Assembly (NCBI GenBank): GCA_963803805.1
Contig: CAWDOD010000011.1
Location: forward strand, 256,001 to 320,000
Origin: an uncultured cyanobacterium
GTDB lineage: Bacteria > Cyanobacteriota > Cyanobacteriia > Cyanobacteriales > CAWCAG01
DNA: 64,000 nt
Reading direction: 5' to 3'
This document shows positions 1 through 8,616 of the stretch, piece after piece (the stretch's first letter is position 1; each line of letters begins with the position of its first letter). A program made the position numbers and the translations under genes. The notes beneath the pieces were generated by a model. It did not search any database. It was not told the DNA's origin and saw only the letters and a program-made list of their open reading frames with translations.

Positions 1-1
1 A

Positions 2-439
2 GAGAAAAACTTTAATTTATATATTGATTTAGGAATTTGGAATCGTCAGACCAAATCAGGAAAAGCTTTTGATTCTTCAACTATTTTTATTTTACCTAAT
101 GGCGCGAGAAGAAGTCCTGATGTTAGCTGGATTAGATTAGAAAGATGGAATGTACTAACCCGGAAACAAAAGCAAGGTTTTCCTCCTATCGCTCCTGATT
201 TTGTGATTGAATTAGTAAGTCCAAGCGATCTCAAAAATCAGAGATACGAAGACTTACAGGCAAAAATGCAGGAATATTTAGATAACGGGGTTAAGCTGGG
301 TTGGTTAATCGAACCCCAAGGGAAAACAGTAGAAATATATAGACTTGGGCAACCAGTAGAAGTTTTAAATAATCCTCAAACTCTCTCAGGAGAAGATATT
401 TTACCGGGATTTATTCTAGATTTAAGTCAGATTTTTTGA
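2..439 (+). CDS. Uma2/DUF820 family PD-(D/E)XK endonuclease, array copy 1 (5'-truncated by window edge)
   Basis: The frame is open from base 2 (EKNFNLYIDLGIWNRQTKSGKAFDSST...SPDVSW...PDFVIELVSPSD...GVKLGWLI) to TGA 437-439; the 3' half is nearly identical to the next three copies. Confidence 0.9.
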   Translation, partial: EKNFNLYIDLGIWNRQTKSGKAFDSSTIFILPNGARRSPDVSWIRLERWNVLTRKQKQGFPPIAPDFVIELVSPSDLKNQRYEDLQAKMQEYLDNGVKLGWLIEPQGKTVEIYRLGQPVEVLNNPQTLSGEDILPGFILDLSQIF

Positions 440-450
440 TAGTAAAGAAT

Positions 451-1032
451 ATGGAAGCGATCGCTATTCCTAAAGGATTTAAAGTAACTCCAGAACAATT
501 TGAGCAACTAGCATTCACCGAACAACTGGCACGAATGGAGTTAACTAAAAATGGAGAATTAATTATTATGAGTCCCACTGGAGGAACAGCAGGTAGAAAA
601 AATAGCCGTTTAACCCAGCAACTAAGAAATTGGGCAGATCAAGACGGTACAGGAGAAGTATTTGATTCTTCTACAGTGTTTGTTTTACCTAATAATGCCA
701 GAAAAAGTCCTGATGTTAGTTGGATTAAACTAGAGCGATGGCATCAACTGACTCAAAAACAACAAGATGGCTTTCCTCCTATCGCTCCTGATTTTGTGAT
801 TGAATTAGTAAGTCCAAGTGATCTTAAAAATCAGAGATATGAAGACTTACAGGCAAAAATGCAGGAATATTTAGATAACGGGGTTAAGCTGGGTTGGTTA
901 ATCGAACCCCAAGGGAAAACAGTAGAAATATATAGACTTGGGCAACCAGTAGAAGTTTTAAATAATCCTCAAACTCTCTCAGGAGAAGATATTTTACCGG
1001 GATTTATTCTAGATTTAAGTCAGATTTTTTGA
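451..1032 (+). CDS. Uma2/DUF820 family endonuclease, array copy 2
   Basis: ELTKNGELIIMSP, SPDVSW, PDFVIELVSPSD, KMQEY and LGWLI motifs; ATG 451 preferred over TTG 436. Confidence 0.92.
   Translation: MEAIAIPKGFKVTPEQFEQLAFTEQLARMELTKNGELIIMSPTGGTAGRKNSRLTQQLRNWADQDGTGEVFDSSTVFVLPNNARKSPDVSWIKLERWHQLTQKQQDGFPPIAPDFVIELVSPSDLKNQRYEDLQAKMQEYLDNGVKLGWLIEPQGKTVEIYRLGQPVEVLNNPQTLSGEDILPGFILDLSQIF
457..464. repeat. HIP1 octamer GCGATCGC (example; roughly 40 copies by eye across the window)
   Basis: Also at 1050, 1643, 5263, 11878, 17473, 34095, 46446, 57189 and elsewhere; a hallmark of cyanobacterial genomes. Confidence 0.95.
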
Positions 1033-1043
1033 TAGTAAAGAAT

Positions 1044-1625
1044 ATGGAAGCGATCGCTATTCCTAAAGGATTTAAAGTAACTCCAGAACAATTTGAGCAA
1101 CTAGCATTCGCTGAACAACTGGCACGAATGGAGTTAACTAAAAATGGAGAATTAATTATTATGAGTCCCACTGGAGGAACAGCAGGTAGAAAAAACTTCA
1201 ACCTATATCTAGATTTAGGAATTTGGAATCGTCAAACAAAGCTAGGAGAAGCTTTTGATTCTTCGACTACTTTTGTTTTACCTAACGGTGCGAGAAGAAG
1301 TCCTGATGTTAGCTGGATTAAACTAGAGCGATGGCATCAACTGACTCAAAAACAACAAGATGGCTTTCCTCCTATCGCTCCTGATTTCGTGATTGAATTA
1401 GTAAGTCCAAGCGATCTCAAAAATCAGAGATACGAAGACTTACAGGCAAAAATGCAGGAATATTTAGATAACGGGGTTAAGCTGGGTTGGTTAATCGAAC
1501 CTCAAGGGAAAACAGTAGAAATATATAGACTTGGGCAACCAGTAGAAGTTTTAAATAATCCTCAAACTCTCTCAGGAGAAGATATTTTACCGGGATTTAT
1601 TCTAGATTTAAGTCAGATTTTTTGA
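1044..1625 (+). CDS. Uma2/DUF820 family endonuclease, array copy 3
   Basis: Same motifs; offset 593 bp from copy 2. Confidence 0.92.
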   Translation: MEAIAIPKGFKVTPEQFEQLAFAEQLARMELTKNGELIIMSPTGGTAGRKNFNLYLDLGIWNRQTKLGEAFDSSTTFVLPNGARRSPDVSWIKLERWHQLTQKQQDGFPPIAPDFVIELVSPSDLKNQRYEDLQAKMQEYLDNGVKLGWLIEPQGKTVEIYRLGQPVEVLNNPQTLSGEDILPGFILDLSQIF

Positions 1626-1636
1626 TAGTAAAGAAT

Positions 1637-2218
1637 ATGGAAGCGATCGCCATTCCTAAAGGATTTAAAGTAACTCCAGAACAATTTGAGCAACTAGCAT
1701 TCGCTGAACAACTGGCACGAATGGAGTTAACTAAAAATGGAGAATTAATTATTATGAGTCCCACTGGAGGAACAGCAGGTAGAAAAAATCGCCGTTTGAC
1801 ACAGCGAATTGGCATTTGGACAGATCGAGACGGTACAGGAGAAGCTTTTGATTCTTCGACTACTTTTGTTTTACCTAACGGTGCGAGAAGAAGTCCTGAT
1901 GTTAGCTGGATTAAACTAGAAAGATGGCATCAACTGACTCAAAAACAACAAGATGGCTTTCCTCCTATCGCTCCTGATTTCGTGATTGAATTAGTAAGTC
2001 CAAGCGATCTCAAAAATCAGAGATACGAAGACTTACAGGCAAAAATGCAGGAATATTTAGATAACGGGGTTAAGCTGGGTTGGTTAATCGAACCTCAAGG
2101 GAAAACAGTAGAAATATATAGACTTGGGCAACCAGTAGAAGTTTTAAATAATCCTCAAACTCTCTCAGGAGAAGATATTTTACCGGGATTTATTCTAGAC
2201 TTAAGTGATATTTTTTGA
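1637..2218 (+). CDS. Uma2/DUF820 family endonuclease, array copy 4
   Basis: Same motifs; offset 593 bp; ends LSDIF instead of LSQIF. Confidence 0.92.
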   Translation: MEAIAIPKGFKVTPEQFEQLAFAEQLARMELTKNGELIIMSPTGGTAGRKNRRLTQRIGIWTDRDGTGEAFDSSTTFVLPNGARRSPDVSWIKLERWHQLTQKQQDGFPPIAPDFVIELVSPSDLKNQRYEDLQAKMQEYLDNGVKLGWLIEPQGKTVEIYRLGQPVEVLNNPQTLSGEDILPGFILDLSDIF

Positions 2219-2295
2219 TTATCAAGTATTTCTGGTCTTACAGTCTCCTAAGATAGACTACTAACAGCAACTTGTTAAGAATCTAAGAAAATCTT

Positions 2296-3285
2296 ATGAG
2301 CAGCTCTTTAGATACTTCATCAGGGTCTAATAAGCTTTTGAGTAGTCAAAACATTATCTATGCTGGTATTACTTGGTCAGTATTAGCGCTGGTTTCCTTC
2401 GTCTTATTTGCCCTGATTCCCTCAGAACAAGATAGTCCTACTGTCTATTTAATAGATACCTATATCCTGGAATGTCTGCCTTTTCTTGGGGCAGCACTTT
2501 TGTGTTTTCGTAATGCTAACAGCCCTAAAATTGCTAGTGGACGTAATGTCTGGCTAGGAATTGGTTTAGGGGCCCTTAGTTATTTTACTGCTAACCTGAT
2601 TTTCGGCTGGTGGGAACTGTATTGGGAACTAGATCCTGATGTTTCCCCGGCAGATTTATTTTATGTCGCTTTTTATCTCCTGTTAAGCTGGGGAATGATT
2701 TTAGCTATCATACCCAGGCGCTTGAATTTGGAGAAGTGGCAATGGATTGTTTTGGGTTCCATTGCTGTTATTGGTACAGCCTTAGCTGTTTGGATTGCTA
2801 TTTCCCCTCCCCCTTTAGAGGAGGAGCTAGAATTTTTAGCCAATGAACAACCTGTTACAGAACAAATAGAGGTAGCTACTCCCTCCTCTCAAGCCCTAGC
2901 AGAAACAGAGGCGATCGCAATCCGCAAAGCCCCTCAATGGGTGATGTCTCTAGAAGATACCTTGAGTCCCTTAGCTCGCCCAATTAATTTCTTTTACATT
3001 ATTGGTGACTTAGCTTTAGTAATTATTGCTACAACTTTACTACTAGCCTATTGGGGAGGAGCCTATTCTTGGTCTTGGCGGATGATTGGTGCAGCTACCT
3101 TTGCTTTATATATTGCTGATATGTGGTTTAAGTATGCTGCCACTCTACCAACAGAATACCAAAGTGGCGCTTTACTAGAAGTATTTTTTGTTTTTAGTGG
3201 AGTATTTTTTGCTGTTGGCGCAATATTAGAATACGAAATCTCCCATCGTCCTCGTCAGAGGAGTCGTGGTAGACGTAAGAAATAA
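2296..3285 (+). CDS. Multi-pass membrane protein, hypothetical
   Basis: 329-aa ORF with many hydrophobic helices, PDVSPADLFY motif and a basic C-terminal tail. Confidence 0.7.
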   Translation: MSSSLDTSSGSNKLLSSQNIIYAGITWSVLALVSFVLFALIPSEQDSPTVYLIDTYILECLPFLGAALLCFRNANSPKIASGRNVWLGIGLGALSYFTANLIFGWWELYWELDPDVSPADLFYVAFYLLLSWGMILAIIPRRLNLEKWQWIVLGSIAVIGTALAVWIAISPPPLEEELEFLANEQPVTEQIEVATPSSQALAETEAIAIRKAPQWVMSLEDTLSPLARPINFFYIIGDLALVIIATTLLLAYWGGAYSWSWRMIGAATFALYIADMWFKYAATLPTEYQSGALLEVFFVFSGVFFAVGAILEYEISHRPRQRSRGRRKK

Positions 3286-3290
3286 GGGAG

Positions 3291-3356
3291 TAGGGGTGAT
3301 GGTCATCGCCCCTAAAACATTTGTAAGCAGGGGTAGAGCATCAATGCTCTACCCCT
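3291..3356. repeat. Two REP-like GC-rich palindromes (possible terminators)
   Basis: TAGGGGTGATG-GT-CATCGCCCCTA (3291-3314) and perfect AGGGGTAGAGCAT-CA-ATGCTCTACCCCT (3329-3356). Confidence 0.7.
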
Positions 3357-3514
3357 AAATTTTTCTTTACGCAATCTAGTGTGACGCATCTTAATATATA
3401 TTTAGATATCTAGATAAACTAAAAATCAAATAACTCTTGACCCTTTAACCTTTACCCCTTCCCTATAGCTATTGCCCATCAATCAAAAATTGACAGCTAA
3501 AAAAAGTATTAACC

Positions 3515-4903
3515 TTGAGTGAACCAACAACTTCCACCTCCAACGTCTCCCATAGCGAACTGCGTCAACTGGTTCGTACCCAGTTGCAATTATTGCTGGA
3601 AGAAGGAAACTTAGCAGGGGCAAAAACTCTTTTGGTTCCTGTACAACCAGTGGATATTGCCGAAGCTATTGAAGGATTACCAGAAAAGTTGCACGCTATT
3701 GGTTTTCGTTTAATCTCTAAAGAAAAGGCGATCGCCGTTTATGAATATCTTGATTCTTCTGTACAGCAGGCTTTGATTCAAGAGTTTAAGCGTCAGGAGG
3801 TGATTGAGATTGTTGATAAAATGTCCCCTGATGATCGAGCGAGATTATTCGATGAACTGCCAGCTAAAGTTGTGGGACAGTTTTTAGATCAATTAAGTCC
3901 TAAAGAACGCATCGCTACAGCGTTACTCCTGGGTTACGAAGAAGATACGGCGGGGCGAATTATGACCCCGGAGTATATTTCCCTCAAAGAGAATTTAACC
4001 GTTGCCGATGCCTTAGCCAGAATCCGCCGTTTAGCTAATGCTTCAGAAATTATCTACTATCTCTACGTCACCGATGCTTCTCGGCATTTATTAGGGATTG
4101 TTTCGCTGCGAGATTTAGTAACATCTTCTCCTGAAAACAGTTTAGGAGAAATTATGACCTCTGATCTTGTCCGCGCCCCCACAAGTATGGATCAAGAAGA
4201 AGTCGCCCGGTTAATTCAACGCTACGATCTTTTTGCTTTGCCCATTGTGGATAAAGAAGAACGTTTAGTAGGGGTGGTGACAGTAGATGATGTCATCGAT
4301 ATCTTGGAGCAAGAAGCTACAGAAGATATTTATGCTTTAGGTGGAGTTCAAGCCGATGGAGATAACTATTTTCAAACCAACTTAGTAACCGTCGCCCGTA
4401 AGCGGGTAGTTTGGTTATTTATTCTTCTTTTAACTAATACCGTTACCGGAACTATTATTCGTTCCCAAGAAGATATTTTGCAACAAGTCGTCACCTTAGC
4501 AGCTTTCATCCCCCTCTTAACTGGTACAGGAGGAAACGTGGGCGCACAATCTTCTACCGTAGTGATTAGAGGCTTAAACACCGACGAAATGAATGATTTG
4601 GGAGCAAGGCAAGTCATCTTCCGAGAAGCCCTGGCAGGAGCCTTATTGGGGAGCATATTGGGAACAGTCGCTACCTTCTGGGCATATTGGTTACAAGGAA
4701 ACTTCTCCGTCGCTATTTCTGTGGGCATCAGCTTAGTTGCGATCGCAATTTTAGCTTCTGTAGCCGGTTCTGCTTTACCCTTTTTATTCCGTTATTTAAA
4801 ATTAGATCCTGCCCTCATGTCTGCACCATTTATCACCACAGCCGTAGACGTTTTGGGGGTACTAATTTACTTTAATATTGCCCGTACAGTTTTGGGACTA
4901 TGA
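3515..4903 (+). CDS. mgtE: Magnesium transporter MgtE
   Basis: N-domain, two CBS domains (AGRIMTPEY, LPIVD...GVVTVDD) and TM motifs GGNVGAQS and DPALMSAPFITTAVD. Confidence 0.95.
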   Translation: MSEPTTSTSNVSHSELRQLVRTQLQLLLEEGNLAGAKTLLVPVQPVDIAEAIEGLPEKLHAIGFRLISKEKAIAVYEYLDSSVQQALIQEFKRQEVIEIVDKMSPDDRARLFDELPAKVVGQFLDQLSPKERIATALLLGYEEDTAGRIMTPEYISLKENLTVADALARIRRLANASEIIYYLYVTDASRHLLGIVSLRDLVTSSPENSLGEIMTSDLVRAPTSMDQEEVARLIQRYDLFALPIVDKEERLVGVVTVDDVIDILEQEATEDIYALGGVQADGDNYFQTNLVTVARKRVVWLFILLLTNTVTGTIIRSQEDILQQVVTLAAFIPLLTGTGGNVGAQSSTVVIRGLNTDEMNDLGARQVIFREALAGALLGSILGTVATFWAYWLQGNFSVAISVGISLVAIAILASVAGSALPFLFRYLKLDPALMSAPFITTAVDVLGVLIYFNIARTVLGL

Positions 4904-5205
4904 AATTAATTAATAGATGTTTCCTATCGGTTCTGTAAAAATTCCTTTGAATGCTTTACTTTAGCTGCTATACCTTCTTCATAGAAAGAATACTAAAACT
5001 TCATCGTAACTTTAACCACTCACATCTAGAGAAAGTTTAAATAGATATAGGTTCAAGGTGAGATGGATTCAAACGGGCAATTCTAAAGGGTTTTAGGCTA
5101 GCTCACTTAAATATTTACCAGAAAATCTTGGCTGCGGAACTAATCAACATATAAACTCGAACTTCTAAAAATTTTAAACGGTAACGTTAGGTAGATTTTA
5201 AAGGT

Positions 5206-6057
5206 ATGAAGGGAACAATCAAGAAATTTTTATTAGGTGCTTCAGTTGTAGTAGGGGCAAGTGCGATCGCAGTTAACCCGTCTTTTGCTGGTAGTTTTAG
5301 TTCCAGCGGCCCAACAACAGTATATGAGTCTTTTGTTGATACTGACGGCAAGACCAAAACTAGAAAAGTAACAGGGGCAGACTTATCAACTATTTTAAGT
5401 GGTGACAGCAGCGCTCCTGGTGGTAACGTTGAGCTTTATGACCAGACAGATGGTTTAACCTTAGAGCAGTTCAAAGAAATCGGCTCAGCTACATTAACAG
5501 CCGATCTTGATGGTAAGATTGTTAACTTTAATAGTCTTACCTACGAAGACTGGTTTGGTACAGGCAGTGGTATCAACGAGAATTATGGGGCGAATAACTT
5601 TGCTAACCAATGGTTTGGTGAGGCTATGGCCAAATACGGCTCAGGCTACAATAGTATACAAAAAGAAGTGCTTTACGGTAAATTAAAATCTAATGGTTTC
5701 CAACGCTTCAGCGACCCTAATTTGGCTTATGTAGGTAAAGATGGGAATACTGTTACTTTCGGTTTAGCTGGCCATAGCAATGCAGGAAATGTACACCCTT
5801 TACTTCAGGGTATGTATGCTAGCGAAGTAGTTAAAGTAAGCTACAAAGGCAAAACAGAATTATTCTATAGCTTTGACAAACCTACAGACTCTGGGCAGTA
5901 CGAAGTTTCTGATGGGACATCCCACGACGGTAACTTTGAATTCTCTTTCCAGTGGGGCGAAGATGATGCAGAGAAAGTACCTGAACCCTCCGCAATTTTA
6001 GGTCTAATCGCTTTGAGTGGTGTTGTAGCAACTAAGCGTAAGCACAATAAAGCTTAA
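5206..6057 (+). CDS. PEP-CTERM (cyanoexosortase substrate) secreted protein
   Basis: Signal peptide; C-terminal VPEPSAILGLIAL...KRKH. Confidence 0.88.
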   Translation: MKGTIKKFLLGASVVVGASAIAVNPSFAGSFSSSGPTTVYESFVDTDGKTKTRKVTGADLSTILSGDSSAPGGNVELYDQTDGLTLEQFKEIGSATLTADLDGKIVNFNSLTYEDWFGTGSGINENYGANNFANQWFGEAMAKYGSGYNSIQKEVLYGKLKSNGFQRFSDPNLAYVGKDGNTVTFGLAGHSNAGNVHPLLQGMYASEVVKVSYKGKTELFYSFDKPTDSGQYEVSDGTSHDGNFEFSFQWGEDDAEKVPEPSAILGLIALSGVVATKRKHNKA

Positions 6058-6093
6058 GTTAACAATTTTTTAAAGATGTCCATGTCAAGGTCA

Positions 6094-6118
6094 GGGGGAG
6101 TATAAAAGCTCCCTTTTT
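6094..6118 (+). terminator. Probable intrinsic terminator
   Basis: GGGAG-TATAAAAG-CTCCC followed by a T run, just after the PEP-CTERM gene. Confidence 0.55.
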
Positions 6119-6198
6119 CTTCATTATTATTAGGATTTATAAGTCCTGATTACGTAAAGCTTTCCTGGAGAAAAAAGCGAATAAAAAAACTGCTTAGC

Positions 6199-7374
6199 CT
6201 AAGCCCGCCGTAGGTGTCGCAACGCTAAAGTACCTAGAGTGAGTAAGCTAATGGCAACAACGCGGAGTTGATTGTTCCAGGTTAGGTTGAATTCTCCTAG
6301 GTAGTGAGAACCAAGAAAGATAGTGTGGAGAGTGGCGAAGATCAAAGCAGGAACGGTTAAAAGATGAATTTGTCGCCAACGCTTACCTAAAATTTGCTGC
6401 CAGTGATCAAAGCTAGTACAGGCAGCAGGGAGCATTAATAATAAAGCTACTGCCCCAGCAATCATCCCTAAACGGTGTTGGAGTAAAAGGAATGAAAAGC
6501 TTTGTAGTTGCCAGTTTAAACTATGAGCGAGCATATGGGCTGTATGGGCGATCGCTAGGATGAAAGCCCCCACACCAATGGCTCTACGGTATTGTAGGGG
6601 CTGTTTCCAGAGGTTACTAAGGGGGCGGGCTATTAAGGCTAAGATCAACAGTATTAGGGAACTATGACCTGTATAATCCACCATGGCATCGGTACGCAAC
6701 AGAGTTAAAATACCAATAGTGAGGGTTAGCCAGCCCCCAAGACGAAATAACTGACTACGATGGGAGGCACTAAGGCGAGATGCTGATATGCCTACACCAA
6801 GCATTACTGGGGTGGTTCCTAAACCAAAACAAACCATGGTAGTTGCCCCTAACCAAAGATTTCCTGTTTGTGCGGCTTTGATTTGTGCTGCATAAAGGAA
6901 ACCACAGGGAATTAAACCCCAAAAGCTACCTAATAATCCAGGAATCCACCATTGAGTTTGCGAGGAAAGTTTGCTCATGATGCGGCTTAAACCGTTATGC
7001 AAACTTCCTTGTAAAGGATGTAAGACAGGTAGTTTGGGTAGAAAGTCTGGTTTGATTTGTCCTAAGCCAAACCAAATTAATAACAAACCTGTAAAAATCA
7101 CTATGCCTTGACGCAGTTCACTACCAATACCAACTAATTGTCCACTAGCAATGGCCACTGAACCAACTGTTCCTAATATTGCACCAACGCAACCATAGCT
7201 CAATATGCGCCCTAAGTTAAGCAAAAGGTGAAAAGCAAAGCTAGAAAGCCAATTACTTTGTTTTTCTTTTTGAGAAAGAGAAAATGCCACACTCAAAGGG
7301 CCACACATTCCAGCACAATGGCCAAAACTACCCAAAAATCCTAAAGAGGCAATTAGCAGTAAGTCTAACGACAT
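6199..7374 (-). CDS. DsbD_2/UreH-like (TauE/SafE-type) membrane protein fused to a ferric-reductase-like TM domain
   Basis: GSFGHCAGMCGP and GLIPCGFLY motifs; C-terminal RRAIGVGAF...HTAH...WRQIH...LH. Start taken as MSLDLL. Confidence 0.8.
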   Translation of the reverse strand: MSLDLLLIASLGFLGSFGHCAGMCGPLSVAFSLSQKEKQSNWLSSFAFHLLLNLGRILSYGCVGAILGTVGSVAIASGQLVGIGSELRQGIVIFTGLLLIWFGLGQIKPDFLPKLPVLHPLQGSLHNGLSRIMSKLSSQTQWWIPGLLGSFWGLIPCGFLYAAQIKAAQTGNLWLGATTMVCFGLGTTPVMLGVGISASRLSASHRSQLFRLGGWLTLTIGILTLLRTDAMVDYTGHSSLILLILALIARPLSNLWKQPLQYRRAIGVGAFILAIAHTAHMLAHSLNWQLQSFSFLLLQHRLGMIAGAVALLLMLPAACTSFDHWQQILGKRWRQIHLLTVPALIFATLHTIFLGSHYLGEFNLTWNNQLRVVAISLLTLGTLALRHLRRA

Positions 7375-7455
7375 TTTAAAAGTAAGGGATGTAGTTATCA
7401 TTAAAATACATGACTTTGACTTGATGATTTACTCTAGCTGAGGAGGCTTGCACCA

Positions 7456-8022
7456 ATGACTTTTAACTTCTTCATGCCTCCTGTACTTGCCCATAATGTC
7501 AAAACCGATGCTGATGTCGGGGCAACTTTTCATATTGAGCCTAATCATAATCCTCGTGCGGGAGAACCTACCAAAGCTTGGTTTGCCCTAACTCGTGCTG
7601 GGGGGGAGATTATTCCTTTAGCAGAATGTGATTGTCAATTAGCAGTATATTCTCAAACCGCACCAGAAGGAGAAAAACCGATTCTGGAGCCAACCCTAGA
7701 AGGCATTACCGCAGAACAATATCAAGGCATTCCCGGAGCAGATTTAGTTTTCCCTAAAGCTGGAAGCTATGAATTGCGATTAACCGGGAGTTCTAAGTCT
7801 GGGGATGCTTTCCAACCCTTCCAATTATCCTACACTGTGAATGTGAGTAATGGTCAAGTTGCTTCGCCATCTCCTACAGAAATTGCTTCTTCTCCAAGAG
7901 AAGCTGAAACAGTATCTTCTCATGCTTCTATTACTCAATGGTTGATTCCTGGGGTAATTATTGCTCTTATTTTAGGTGTAGGTATTTGGTGGTGGCGAAA
8001 TAAAGGAACAAAACTATCTTGA
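7456..8022 (+). CDS. Conserved hypothetical exported protein with C-terminal TM anchor (possible metal-binding)
   Basis: AGGAGG RBS at 7441-7446; LAH..., HIEPNHNPRAGEP and CDC motifs; C-terminal TM plus WWWRNK. Confidence 0.7.
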   Translation: MTFNFFMPPVLAHNVKTDADVGATFHIEPNHNPRAGEPTKAWFALTRAGGEIIPLAECDCQLAVYSQTAPEGEKPILEPTLEGITAEQYQGIPGADLVFPKAGSYELRLTGSSKSGDAFQPFQLSYTVNVSNGQVASPSPTEIASSPREAETVSSHASITQWLIPGVIIALILGVGIWWWRNKGTKLS

Positions 8023-8078
8023 AATTAATCCTATAAAATAGGATTTAGCCTTTATTATTTAAGCCGGAGAATTTTTTA

Positions 8079-8333
8079 ATGAATAAATTCATTTTCACCC
8101 TATTTGTTTGTGGCAGCAGTTTAGCAGCAGTTATTTTATTCGCTAATACCGCTTTTGCTACTCCTTTAGTTACAGAAAATTTTCATCCCACATTTCCTAT
8201 TGCGCCTACTCAATTAGTTAATATTAACCAAGCAAATCCTCACCTAATTTCAGTGTTTAAACAAAGCGATCCTCTACAAGAGCATTTGGGTTGTAGCTGC
8301 GCTATTTGTAGTGGAATACAGCAATTTAACTAA
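8079..8333 (+). CDS. Small secreted protein with C-terminal HLGCSCAIC motif
   Basis: GGAG RBS, signal peptide ending AFA, Cys-rich tail. Confidence 0.65.
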   Translation: MNKFIFTLFVCGSSLAAVILFANTAFATPLVTENFHPTFPIAPTQLVNINQANPHLISVFKQSDPLQEHLGCSCAICSGIQQFN

Positions 8334-8376
8334 TATCATTTACTATTAAAGATTAATTATTCTAGGACTACTATAG

Positions 8377-8534
8377 GGGAGCATCTCAAATTGGTAAATA
8401 CAGGCTTTAGCCGTCAACTTGATATTAGCTTCACTGAAGCAGCAAGAAATGTATTCTTAAAGCTAACAGCTAACAGCTAACAGCTAATAGCTAACTTCAC
8501 AGACAAACTATTTCTGCAAAACTGAGATGCTCCC
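8377..8534. mobile_element. MITE (158 bp) with 12-bp TIRs and 8-bp target-site duplication
   Basis: GGGAGCATCTCA (8377-8388) and TGAGATGCTCCC (8523-8534), flanked by TACTATAG at 8369-8376 and 8535-8542; internal AGCTAAC heptamers. Confidence 0.85.
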
Positions 8535-8616
8535 TACTATAGTGAAGACCTGTTGATTTACGGGTCTATTTTTATTTGCTTTTTTATATGATAATTTAAA
8601 GTTGGGAAAAAATATT

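Larger units (their letters stand above)
1..2218 (+). repeat. Tandem gene array, 593-bp unit, at least 3.7 copies
   Basis: ATGGAAGCGATCGC at 451, 1044 and 1637; identical spacer TGATAGTAAAGAAT between copies. Confidence 0.97.

Noticed and set aside
1004-1815. Repeated minus-strand ORFs (46-234, 1004-1201, 1597-1815) as antitoxins
   Set aside because: They are antisense shadows of the repeated genes, with differing starts and no independent coding signal.
1-2218. Uma2 cassette diversity as the product of a diversity-generating retroelement
   Set aside because: Copy 2 vs 4 differences mostly involve A, but copy 1 vs 3 show many synonymous T/C changes. No reverse transcriptase or template repeat is in the window.
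1-2218. Array as CRISPR-like repeat-spacer structure or invertible shufflon
   Set aside because: The units are whole direct-repeat genes; no short repeats with unique spacers, inverted sites or recombinase are visible.
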